A stretch of 64,000 bases of DNA from Takakia lepidozioides (lineage: Eukaryota; Plantae; Bryophyta). The stretch's first letter is position 1. The number at the start of each line of letters is the position of its first letter. The notes beneath the pieces are model-generated. The model made no database searches. It was not told the origin of the DNA and saw only the letters and a program-made list of their open reading frames with translations. This document shows, piece after piece, positions 51,170-62,273 of the stretch. The translations under genes were made by a program, and so were the position numbers. The DNA lies in the NCBI GenBank assembly GCA_030704615.1, contig CM060733.1:30070001-30134000 (forward strand), read 5' to 3'.

Positions 51170-52150
51170 TAGCCAAGCTGATAATCCAGGTCAAGCAATT
51201 GAGATCCATTGCTTGCCCCAACACTTGACGACGTGATGCCTCAGAAAGACACGACACCGCCGTGGTACCAGTGGTAAAACCCATTACCCGCTCACGCTCG
51301 TCAGCATTAGGTTCCACTAACTGCTGCAACTGAGCATCCCACATGAGGCCAGGTCCACTATCCTGGAAAACATGCGATCCTGGGAAGCTGAGCAGTGTAG
51401 GTAATGCTGCTTGTGGTTGACCCACCTTGTTGACCACTGCCAAAGGCGAACGGTCATCATGTCTCACACGCTGAGACTGCCTCCCTGTGTCCAGAATGCT
51501 ATCCACTGTGAGATGTGCTGGCTGCTGCACCCCATCAAATGCACGCTTGAGCAGTGCGGGTGGCATCAAGTTAGTCCACCATAGCCGTGGACGATGAGCC
51601 CGTGACCCCACTGTAGCTGCATCTAGCAACACTGCTGACCCAAGCCACGACCGGACTTGATGCACAATGGCCATCACCCTGGCCCGAGAATCGCCCATCA
51701 GTGGCACATTCTCCAAGATGTATGCTGGACATACAGCTTGATGAAGCTGCAAGTGGCGCAAAACCCCACACCATCTCCCAAAACAGACCGACCTTGAGTC
51801 TCGCAATCCATTGCCATGCCCGGCTGATGAATGCCGTTGGCAGGGCCAACCTGCCACTACCAGATCAATGGAGCCAACCCGCTCCAAATCCTGCGCCCCC
51901 AACAACGAAATGTCTGTTGGCAAGGCCTGCTGATATCCACGAATTGCAGCCACCGACAACAACTCAGGGTACCGCTGCACCAACTGAGCAATATGGCGAA
52001 GTGAAACGCATTGTGTAGTCTCATCCCTCTCCACATACATGTAACGCCGAATTCGTACACCTGCCTGTAACACAGCAGCCAATCCGGTGCTGATCCCACC
52101 CACCAAACAAGTCCAGAAGACAAATGCCTTCATCTGGATACTGCCACACA
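51170..52150 (-). pseudogene. C5-cytosine DNA methyltransferase domain within pol (DNMT3-like motif style); frameshifted
   Basis: Motif I is CLLDLFGG (ORF 52021-52527), running into ISTGLAAV (ORF 51078-52394). Motif II is YVE, IV is IDLVVAGWPCQ, VI is YILENV, VIII is AHRPRLWWTN and X is LGQAMD. Confidence 0.9.
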
Positions 52151-52484
52151 ATAGGTGTGGTGTCCAATGGAGACAACTGAGGTGGTCCTGGTGCAATCCA
52201 CTCTCCCTCCTCTCCTGACGGTACAAAAGCCTCCACCCAGGCTTGTTGCACTCGTCGATCAGCATCCCTCTGCAAATCCTTGCTCGTGCCACACAATGGA
52301 GTCTGAGCAACCATGGTAGGCAACTCCGCCATACCATATATGTCATCCTGCTCTCCCGGAGGTGGCACATCCTCTGAATGAGCGTTGCCCTCAAGCAACT
52401 CTCCAGGCCAACTCACTGCCGCTGTGAATGCTGCTAGTGTCGGCATCTTGCCCCGCTGGGCAACCGCAACTCCTCCTATGAACG

Positions 52485-54325
52485 TCACAGGGAGCTGCAC
52501 ACGCCGGCCCTCCCCCCTGACTGCCATGCAGGCCTATATGAAGCTGACTCCTCCCAAAAATCCAGGGTGAAGCCCATGGGGTACAACACTGCCCTACCAA
52601 CCAGGACATCGTATGAGACCGCGTCTGTCACAATGGCCTTGGCTCGCATCACTGAGCCATCTGTAGGGTGATCCGGCCGTAGTCTGATAGCCAACTCACG
52701 CCGTGTTATGCCCCGAGCCTGCTCCGATCCTCCCAGAGAAGTCTGTATCTGGAAAGGACAAGGCTCCATATCCGCCTCCGTGAGGCCCAAGCCTGCAATA
52801 GCAGCTCTGCCCAACATCAGTGGCTGAGCTCCCGAGTCCAACAAGACCCACAGTGGCCGGTACCTCTTGCCTGCCGGTCCACTCAAACAGAAAATGTCAT
52901 CCTGGTTGTCTAACATGACAACTCCAGGTGTCATCATGGTGCGCTCAATGGCTGGCCTAGCTGGCAGTTCCATCAACCTGGCAGCTGCAGCTTGCCATGG
53001 CGCCGCCGTGGTAGTCTTGACCCTCAAATCCGAGGATCCCTCCGGCACCTCATGATGCAAACCATAACACTGGGCCTCTCCATGCCCGTGCTTGCCACAA
53101 TGCCCACACTGCAACTGTGGAGGCTGTGCATGTGCCGGCCTTTTGCCTCCCTCTGGGCAATCCTTCTTGACATGGGGTCCTCCGCATGTCCAGCACACCA
53201 CATCCGCCCGTTGTTGGCCAACAAATGAAGGGAGAGACCCCTGCATCTGAGGTCCTCTTTGCCCTTCCCTTAGCTTCAGCTGAGCCCCCTTGTTGCCTTG
53301 AGCACATTGAGGTATTGGTTGGCTAGGAGCACCACTACCCCGTGGTGTCTCCTTAGCAAATCCCACCATGACCACTCGTTCCTCCACCATGTTGAGCTCT
53401 ATCCGCTCTGCCAGCAAAAACACATTTGCTAAGGTGGGTTGGGCCGCTTGTAGGAGAGTTGCATCCCGCACCCTTCTCCTCAGCTCCTTGTCCAATATCC
53501 CATACCAGAATTGGACTGCCTAAGCTTCCGTAACCCCTTGGGTTACATTTATCAAGCGCCTCATGCGAGTGAAAGCCTCCCTCAAGCTCTCGGTCGACTT
53601 CCGTTGGAACTCTTGCAAGCTCCGCAACTTCTCTGTCCTCACCCCTTGGTAGTTCCCTCTCAACTCTTCGAAGAACTCCACAACAGGGTTGAAGGCAGGC
53701 ACGGGTACTAGTGCTGGTGCGTTAGTGGCTTGGGTGGACGTCGTAGCTACTGTACCACCAGTCCCACTAGTCCCACTGCTACTCGCTGAAGCTGCCGGTG
53801 CAGCGGCAGATGTAGCCACTGCCCTCGTGGCTCTAGTGCCCTAGTGATGGAGACATAGTCGGGTGACCAGTACATCCTCCACTCCTCGATCTCAACCTCA
53901 TGCCCCCGCCTGAACTCATGGTAATCATCCATAGGCGGCCCCTCAAGGTGCTGAAACAGCCCTTTCCATGCCATGAACGGCGTAAATAATTGTGGATTGC
54001 GCATTTGCTGCAAATCACACCAACTATCAAACTCTTGGATAAAATCATCCAACTCGATGGTGCCCACCGCCCCAGAGTACCTTTGTGGCCCCTTGGTAGC
54101 TCCATACATCTCCTCCATTGTGTCCCACAACAACGGCAAAGAAACAACTTGCACCGCCGGTATGAGTCCTCCTGATTCACAATCCGAATCAGAACCTTCC
54201 GTAGAAGACACAGGAGGTGAAGGTGGCCTAAACCGCACACCTCGTCTCGTGTACCCACTAGTATCGCTAGTGCTCGAACCGGCACTGTCCCCAGCAACTA
54301 GTGGCACCTCCGTGTTGATGCTCAA
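52485..54325 (-). pseudogene. Gag (two CCHC knuckles) and aspartic protease of Gypsy copy 2
   Basis: LDDFIQEFDSWCD, CWTCGGPHVKKDC, CGHCGKHGHGEAQC, VLLDSGAQP and YDVLVG are present. There is a frameshift near 53830 and a stop at 53520. Confidence 0.9.
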
Positions 54326-54589
54326 CCGGTCATGAACATGTCCCTAACCCCCTCTCCACAAGGTAACCGGGTAGAGAACCTGTTGTGGCTTATGGTTTGG
54401 AATACTAAGTTCCTAACATAGCCTACATCTGTACTTGCATCACCATGGGAATATCATGAAGATACTCCTCAAACCGCCCTCCACGAGCTTCAAAATTCGG
54501 CCTTCAAGACCACATGCCAGTCCTTAGGCAGTCCACCAGTGCCTCCACGAGTCAGTACAGCCATCCACAGGTCAACACGGGCCACCACA

Positions 54590-55805
54590 GACCAGCACAG
54601 GCCCACACAGCTCACTGGTCACGCTCGCCGTCACAGCTCGCCACAGCCTGTTCCACAGGGCACAGCCCCCGCACAGCCCGTCACAGCTTGCCACAGCCTA
54701 TCACAGTCACAGCCCATCACAGCTCGCCACAGCCCTCACAGCCCCCAAGGCCTCAGGCACGGCCTGACACAGCCCCTCACAGCCCCTCACAGCCCCAAAG
54801 GCCTCAGGCACGGCATGTCACAGCCCCCTCACAGCCTATCACAGCCCCTCACAGCCCATCACAGCCGCCCTAAAGGCCACGGGCATAGCCTGTCACAGCC
54901 CAAAAGGCCACCGGCACAGCCCTCACACAGCCCATCACAGCCCCCAAGGCCACCAGCGCAGCCCGTCACAGCCCTCACAGCCCGTCACAACCCCCTCACA
55001 GCCGTGACAGCCCCGAAGGCCACCGGCGCAGCCCAGCACAGCCCATCACAGCCCCAAAGGCCTCAGGCATGACTTAACACAGCCCTCACATCCCCTCACC
55101 CCCAAAGGCCTCCACGGCCTGTCACAGCCCCTCACAGCCCGTCACAGCCCAAGGCCTCAGGCACGGCCTGTCACAGCCCCTCATAGCCCATCACAGCCCG
55201 GGCGGGCACAGCCTATCATCGCCCCTCACAGCCCGTCACAGCCCCAAAGGCCTCAGGCACGGCCTGTCACAGCCCTCACAGCCCCAAAGGCCACGGGCAT
55301 AGCCTGTCACAGCCCCGGCCCCTCACAGCTCGCCACAGCCCCTCACAGCCCCCAAGGCCTCAGGCAGGCCTTCACAGCCCCTCATAGCCCCTCACAGCCC
55401 CAAAGGCCTCAGGCACGGCCTGTCACAACCCCTCACAGCCCATCACAGCCCCAAAGACCACGGGCACAGCCTGTCACAGCCCCACAGGCCACTGGGCACA
55501 ACATGTCACAGCCCCGCACAGCCCGTCACAGCCCCACAGGCGACTGGGCACAGCCTGTCACAGCCCCTCACAACCCATCACACTCGCCAGCCCCAAGGCC
55601 TCAGGCACGGCCTGACACAGCCCCTCACAGCCCCAAAGGCCTCAGGCACGGCTTGTCACAGCCCCTCACAGCCCATCACAGCCTAAAGGCCACGGGCACA
55701 GCCTGTCACAGCCCAAAAGGCCACCGGCACAGCCCCTCACAACCCATCACAGCCCCCAAGGCACCGGCGCAGCCCATCACAGCCCTCACAGCCCGTCAGC
55801 CCCAA
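54590..55805. repeat. ~1.2-kb degenerate (CACAGCCC)n minisatellite in the element leader
   Basis: Dozens of tcacagccc units are interspersed with aaggcctcaggcacggcctg and aaggccacgggcacagcctg. Confidence 0.95.
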
Positions 55806-57368
55806 AGTTCACCAGCTCACTTTGATTGGGCGGCCAGCGCAGGGGGGCAGTGGCAGTTTAGCCATTTCCAAGGGGTTTAGCCACGCCAAGCTAGGGTTTG
55901 TGTCTCTTGGACTCTAGGCTTCTTTCCACCGAGCTATGGCGGCTGTGAGGAAATCAACAAGGTATTCTTGCTCTTTTGGCTCCCACACACCACCATAGTA
56001 GCCCTAAGCCATGAGGTGGTTGCCACAAACCAAGCCTTCTTTCTCACTTAGCCTCCCCAAACACGCCACTAAACTCAATGGCAAACAACCAAGCCCTGCT
56101 GGTTCCCAGCCCTTGTGAGCACTCATTCAAGCACTCTCTCTGGCCATAGCATCTGTCTTAGAGCTTATTCCAGCCCCCTACACCTGCTGCTTCAAGAGTT
56201 GCGCTCCCTTCAAGCTTGAAGTTGAAACCCCAACTCACATAGGCCCTACAAGTGCTTTTCTTTCACTCCAAGTGGAAACCAGCCCTAGACCTTCCATTCT
56301 AGCTCTCTAAAGCTTGAAAACAAGAGCCTCAATGGGCTGAAGGCATGCTCCACACATGCCCCACTCTCACTATAAGAGAATCAGCTCCTTTGCTTCATTT
56401 CTTGCACCCACAAACCTGAAAAACAAGCTTCAGCAGGCTGAAAGCATGCTCCACATGCCCTACAGGGAAACCAGCCCCTTCCTTCCTTTCTTGCACTCCC
56501 ACACCTGAAAGTGCAAGCCTTCACCATGCTGATAGCATGCTCCACACATGCATTGCCCTCACATAAGGGAAGTCAGCCCTTCCCTCTTCCTTGCTTGCCC
56601 TCCAAGCTTGAAGATGGAAGCTTCAATGAGCTGAATACGTGCTCAACACATCCAACCTCTTCACACAAGAGATATCAGCCCCCTATCTTGGCTCCTTGGC
56701 TCCTTGATGCTCTCTAAGACAAGACTAAGCACTCCACAGCCTTTGTCAAGCTCCTGAAACCCTAAGGCTTACATTTCCAGCCACAAGACACTTCTCTTGT
56801 GGTGCAAGAGCTCTTCTTCCAAGCTCTGAAACCCTAGGTGCACATTCCATGGCCTTGCCGCACCTCTTAGCTCCTGTTCCAGCCCTGCTCTTGCCATGAC
56901 AAGAGCCCTCTCAATGCTGAAGCTCGAGATTGAAACCCAATTTCACCATACTCCACAAAGTGCACTGATTTGCCCCAAGCCAAATCAGCCCTTTCGCTTG
57001 GTCTTGCAATCCTTCACACAATGAAAGCTCGCATTCCCAAGTCCAGTTCTCAGCTTTGCCACCAAAGCCACTATAACCTGCTCTTGACTGGTCCTCTTCC
57101 CAATCGTGCTTGCTCATGCATGTACACAATCTGAAACCATCAAGGTGCTCTGGAATTACCTGCAGCATGTGCTTTCATCTCTGAAGCTGAAGATCGAATG
57201 CCAAGGTCTACCACCTCGTAACCCACATCGCCTCCGCTTCTAACAACCAAGAGCTCCACGGTGCTCCTTGCATAACAACTTGGTTTCTCTCATTCTCAAG
57301 CAAAAACCACAAGTGCTACAACTAACTCGTATCTGGCACTCACAGATACGAGCTGACCTTTCTCGAGT

Positions 57369-57684
57369 GATAAAGAAGAAGAATACAAGCACGAGCTCAC
57401 AAATCTGAAGCATAAACTCATGCATATATAACCTCATCACTCAAATACAAGTCAAGCCAAGTGCACCCCACGCCATGGGGAATCCACACTACGGCGCCAT
57501 AGCTAGGCGCGGTGAGGCTCAACTCGAGAAAGATGAGCCTCCCGCGCTTGCCGTGAAGATAACCACTCCAGGGCCTAAATCTGCCTTGACCCCTGGATTG
57601 ACACTTGGGCCAATCCCAAATGTCAATATGTAAAAGCTAGCTATTTCCTAGCTAGTTTCACACTAGTGGTAAAATAACTTGACA
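57369..57684 (-). repeat. Repeat A1 (316 bp), 5' end of Gypsy copy 2
   Basis: It matches 48303-48616 and, more distantly and inverted, 30810-31125. Confidence 0.95.
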
Positions 57685-57688
57685 AGTC

Positions 57689-58625
57689 ATCCACAGTCTT
57701 TGGCACACTATTACCAAATCATGCGCATTTGGTTGCCAGTGGCAACTCGGACTAAGGTTCTTCCGAACAATCGACCCATTGAGGATCATCATTTTGCAAG
57801 GTACTGGCTAAGGCAGGCACCATGCTGAAGGAATTAATTGCCTTCCAGCTTGTTCATGGGTACAGCTACACCAAGACCAAGGAGGTATCTAGTTTGGTCA
57901 TGGGCTGTGGATTTTACTATGCTGCTTGTTTCATTGCACGTTATCACATTGAGCAGCAGAAGATGCAGTCAAGATTTCTGAGCTATTTCACTGGGGCTCA
58001 TTGGGTCTTACCTTCAGTTCCACCTCATATGTATCTGTATGACGTGAAAGTCATGTTGTAGAAGGATTCCCAACTTCGTTCATGGTTGGCTTGGACCAAT
58101 TTGACCAAGGAAAAATTGGGCCCTGACGATATTTTTTATAAGAGACATGAAGCCTGGAAATACTTACAATGTTCCAAAGTCATTGGCACACCTCTCACCT
58201 ATACGGACAAGGAATTCAGGGAGTACACTCATTTTGCTTACAAGCGATTGATGCAAGTAGTACAGTTTAAGCTTCCGGACATGGTGGGCCAACACTACAT
58301 GCCACGCAGGATTCCTGAGACGCCCAAGAAGATCAGACCACCGAAAAGCCACCGGGGTGAAGATGATTATGATACTACTGGTTCAGTGGAGGGCGATTTT
58401 GACATGGCTGAGGAATATGAATTTAGCAATGGCAGACAAAGACGACGGGGATCTCCTTTACCACAACATTTACCTCTTTTTCAAACTAACGCAGGGTTGG
58501 TAGTTCCAGCTAGTCGACACTCAATGACAGGGCTCGGGCTCGCACACAGAGCCCTCCAAAGGACTCTCACCGACAGAAGGGTGTTTGTTTACAAATGTTT
58601 GCTGATCTTAAACAGTAAACTGTGA
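57689..58625 (+). pseudogene. 3' continuation of the interrupted 46460-48111 ORF
   Basis: It is in frame with ORF 47961 once the insertion and one AGTC are removed, and continues through fragments including 58086-58625. Confidence 0.6.
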
Positions 58626-58639
58626 GGACACGGCTTTTT

Positions 58640-59600
58640 GAGAGGGGGAGGGGTAATGTTAGAGGGCTGTCTGACACTTAGACAGTGTTACGGCTTCTGT
58701 GGGGTACACTTAGACAATTTTACGGGTTCTGTGGGGGTACCCTTAATTTTTGCGCAGACTTATGATGGTAGACTTAGACCAACACAGGCTTAGGGGGTGG
58801 TACACAAGGTAACTGCACAGTCAGTCACAGCCATACACAGTCTTACACAGCCCGACACAACCTTATACAGTCTGTCACAGTTAGTCACAGTTTATCACAG
58901 CTCGACGCGGCTTCGCACAGCCAGACACAGCACGACACAAACTTTTACACACGCCAATCACACAAAAGCCGCTACAGTTCCGACACACAACCAGTCAACA
59001 GTTTTCCGGCAACAGTCACAAAGCCCGACAACAGAAGCTTTGGCACAGGCCCATCACAACCAAGCCCAGCGTACATAGGAAACGGTTATCACTGGTAGGG
59101 AATGACTGTGTGGGAACGACATCTGCAGAAGGAACGTGTTTACTTCTTGGGTGACAGTTAGTTAGTTAGGCGGTTAGAACAACTTGTAGATAAATTAAGC
59201 AGAGCGGCGACATGGAGGACTTCTTCTCGGAGAGCACTTCTTGGTCATCACGAGAGGAGATCAACGGAGAGCCTGACTGGAGCAGGAAGTGAGAACATGG
59301 TGAAGGAGGAGAGATGATCTGTTGATGTTGTTACATGCAAGCTGTAGTGATATATTGTAGGGTAGACTAGGGACACCATGGCTTCGGCCTGATATATGAT
59401 AAGCCTTAATCTGATATTTATTCAATACAATCACACTATGTAGAGAGACTTTTGCGTGAAGCTGTGGAATGAATGGATGCGTGAATGGAACCTGATAGAT
59501 ACTGAAGCAATCTGATGCTTAAGTATACACAGTAAGGTAAATTGCTAATTTGAGAAGGCAGAATTACACTAGCTGTAGGTCATGACTGATTGTTCTGAGC
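58640..59600 (+). mobile_element. Polypurine tract and probable 3' LTR of a third retroelement (LTR starts 58657; end uncertain)
   Basis: GAGAGGGGGAGGGG-TAA-TGTTAGAG lies just after the ORF stop. No partner LTR is present in the window. Confidence 0.6.
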
Positions 59601-61199
59601 GGGCTGAGTGCTTAGAGATATCCAACTCTTCTATCTTGGAGTTTCCACCTCGGATAACGAAGGGAATTGGTGAGAAAAAAAGCCGCTCGACACTGACCCA
59701 AAAATTAGGTATTTCCAATACATTTTGCAACGACATACTTGCGTTTTGTGGTTTACCTAGTTTCTATACCCTGATTTTCAAATGGAATATTTTGCGAAGG
59801 TAATATTTTCAGCATTAACGACACCCAATTGAGACTTGAGACAAAAAAATCACAATCGGGAGTCTCTGAGTTTCCTGCAACCACGCGTGATCGCGCGAGG
59901 TTACTTTGTGCAAAGTTGTGTCGACAATGTAAATGATATATGTAATGATTACTAGGAAGCCATAACCAATAAGACAGAGGACCAAGTGAAGGAGATACTT
60001 ATTACCTTTGCTAGATTTACCCTTCGATTCTGAGGCGGGTTTACCACTGGAGGCAGGTGAATGTTGAAGGGATAACGAAGAAGACGTCAGATTTTGTTTT
60101 TTTCAAATCGTTGGACACGACCGCCGCTGACTGGCTGTGTGATCTGTGACGTTTCCTTGACAACAGGATTTTATCCGGAATTTGGGGGGTGGGGTGTGCA
60201 GAAATTATGCCGGTCTTGTCGGTGTGCTGACCTCAGTCGGCGAATGAGTGAGATCAATAACCTTATCCCCTGACGGTTGGCAATGAATCCGGTTGTCTCT
60301 CTCTCTTTCTGCACATCCTGAAACCGAATTCAAACGTAAAAAAAAAGATACCTTGGAATACAAACCCCACAGAAGTTGCCCCCCGCTTTTTACAGGAAGG
60401 TCATACGTTTGCAGCCTTTTCTATAGCCTGGAGTAAAGAGAGAAAAATCAGAGGATGAACAGAAACACGGTAACAATAAAAACGCATGGATGAAATAGAA
60501 AATAAAATCACCTGATTTCTCTCAGCAGCTGAGGTGTCCAGCCCTCGTGATCCCGCGGACCCGCTTGAATTACGACGTGATGAGGAGGCAGTTGAGCGGT
60601 AGTGCCAACCAATTGTTCCGGTAGACTCATGTAGATGCCCCGTGACGACGTCTGATGGAAAGTGTTAGGAGAAGGACGGCTCCAAGGAGAATTCCCCAAA
60701 GATATTGAGAGTCGATTTCCACTATCCAGCCAACCCCATTTAAATTATCGACCCTGCTAACTGTGGATTCACCTTTTGACATTTTGAGCCTAGAAACACT
60801 CTCCATAACAGCAATGGATGCTGAGTAGACAACAAGTTATCAGGTCCTTGGAAAGCTTCTGGCCTGATCATTTCTACATCATCAACAATATCAGACGATA
60901 TTGTTTCGCCAATTGGAGATGCATTTTGTGGCATGGAGAACATATTGATATGGGCATACCTGCAAATGAAATATATGTCAACAAAGTAGTAAATTTGAGT
61001 TGGAAGAACGCATGATCACGCGTGGTTGTTCCGAAAGAATTCGACGGACATAAAGAACAACGAATATCCATTGACCGTTACATATGGTTTGGCAATATAA
61101 CAATTTCCATGCAAAGCAAAAGAATATCAGAATAAGACTGAAATTCCATTTTAAATAGTAAACTGTGTCCACAGTAGGACGCGAATATTTACTTATCAT

Positions 61200-61900
61200 T
61201 TACTCGGAATCACAACGATATTGTGAATTGTCAATATAGTCAAGAAGAGGCTTGAACTGTGGATCCTTAACTTTGAAAGGTGGAAATCCTATTGTCCTTG
61301 TTTTCAAGAAGCTTGAGACGTTCTCAAATTTCAAGAAGCTAAGCAAGAAATCTCTAAGTTTGAGAAGGAAGAAATCGTCGACGTCGATGTTCTCAAAAGA
61401 CTTGAGAAGAAGACAAGATTCAGGAGGGTTCAGCAAACAAAACACTTCAAAGCCGTATCATCAATCAGCAGAGTGTTACTCTGATTGTAAAATCCTTCAG
61501 AACTCTGCCATACTTTTAAGGAGTGGTTTCAAGAACATAGGAGGTTGATCTTGTCATGTTCGGTAATTTGGGTGCAGATTGCTTGGGCAAATGATACAAT
61601 CCTCCTACGACATGATGAACGCTGGCCGTGGAAGACCACGTAGGAACAAATCCAGAACGACATTTAAGTTTTTAAGCACCATGCAGCTCCAGATACCTAA
61701 AATGAAGTGCTTGTGTAACTCTTGCCAAATTTCCCGGTACATCTTCCATCTAAAGATTTGCCGATACCCAACAATAGCAGGAATGCTGTAATCAGATTCC
61801 GAAAAACGTGGAGCAGGTGCTGGGCTCTGGCGCTTCGTTATTTTGCATAGCACTCCATTAATGTCAAACATTATCAAGCGAGGTCCCCTCACAGGTGGAG
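61200..61900 (-). pseudogene. FCP1/NIF-type HAD phosphatase-like domain, decayed, probably TE-borne
   Basis: RLIMFDINGVL (motif I-like), HFILGIWSCM and SNTLLIDDTALKC (~61483-61445) are followed by LLNPP. It has stops and frameshifts. Confidence 0.65.
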
Positions 61901-62273
61901 ATCCGGGCTGTCGGATCTGTGAAGAAGTGATAAAGACACTTAAGTAAATCAAGAAAAGAAGAATCCCATGAACAGATAAGGAACTCAATGATCTCAGAAT
62001 TCCAATACATTCTAAAAAACTAGTCACTTTAATATCCCATGTTCCACTTCCAGAGCCTCTAGGTACTTTAGATGTGCATCCCATTCCTCCTTGTTCTTAG
62101 GCCATGGAAAGTCCCGGCGATTAATGAATTTTACTCTAGCATCCTGAAAGTAGATATCCTTAGGTATTCCAAAAGGGTTCTGCTCATTGAAGGCCCAAGT
62201 GCCATTTTTTAATGCCTTAACTTCTCCAGGTGGGGCTTCAGATGACCCATCAGAAAATCATCATTGTATGGAT

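Larger units (their letters stand above)
48112..57684 (-). mobile_element. Gypsy copy 2 (9573 bp): A1-leader-gag-PR-DNMT-(RT/RNaseH largely deleted)-IN-PHD-PPT-B1-A2-B2, 4-bp TSD AGTC
   Basis: The sense-strand termini are TGTCAAG...CACGACA. AGTC occurs at 48108-48111 and 57685-57688, and the flanking ORF rejoins in frame (KEFS|HPQSLAHYYQ). Internal domains are listed separately. Confidence 0.92.

Noticed and set aside
54514-55880. Pro/Ser/His/Thr-rich ORFs
   Set aside because: They are translations of the CACAGCCC minisatellite.
48112-57684. DIRS/Ngaro/PAT classification based on split repeats and a methylase
   Set aside because: The element has an aspartic protease, DDE integrase, PPT and TSD. 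The family RT is Gypsy-type, and no tyrosine recombinase motifs are seen.
60740-61199. Ulp1-like protease remnant (ICNGQWIFVVL)
   Set aside because: The catalytic His, Asp and Cys motifs could not be found.
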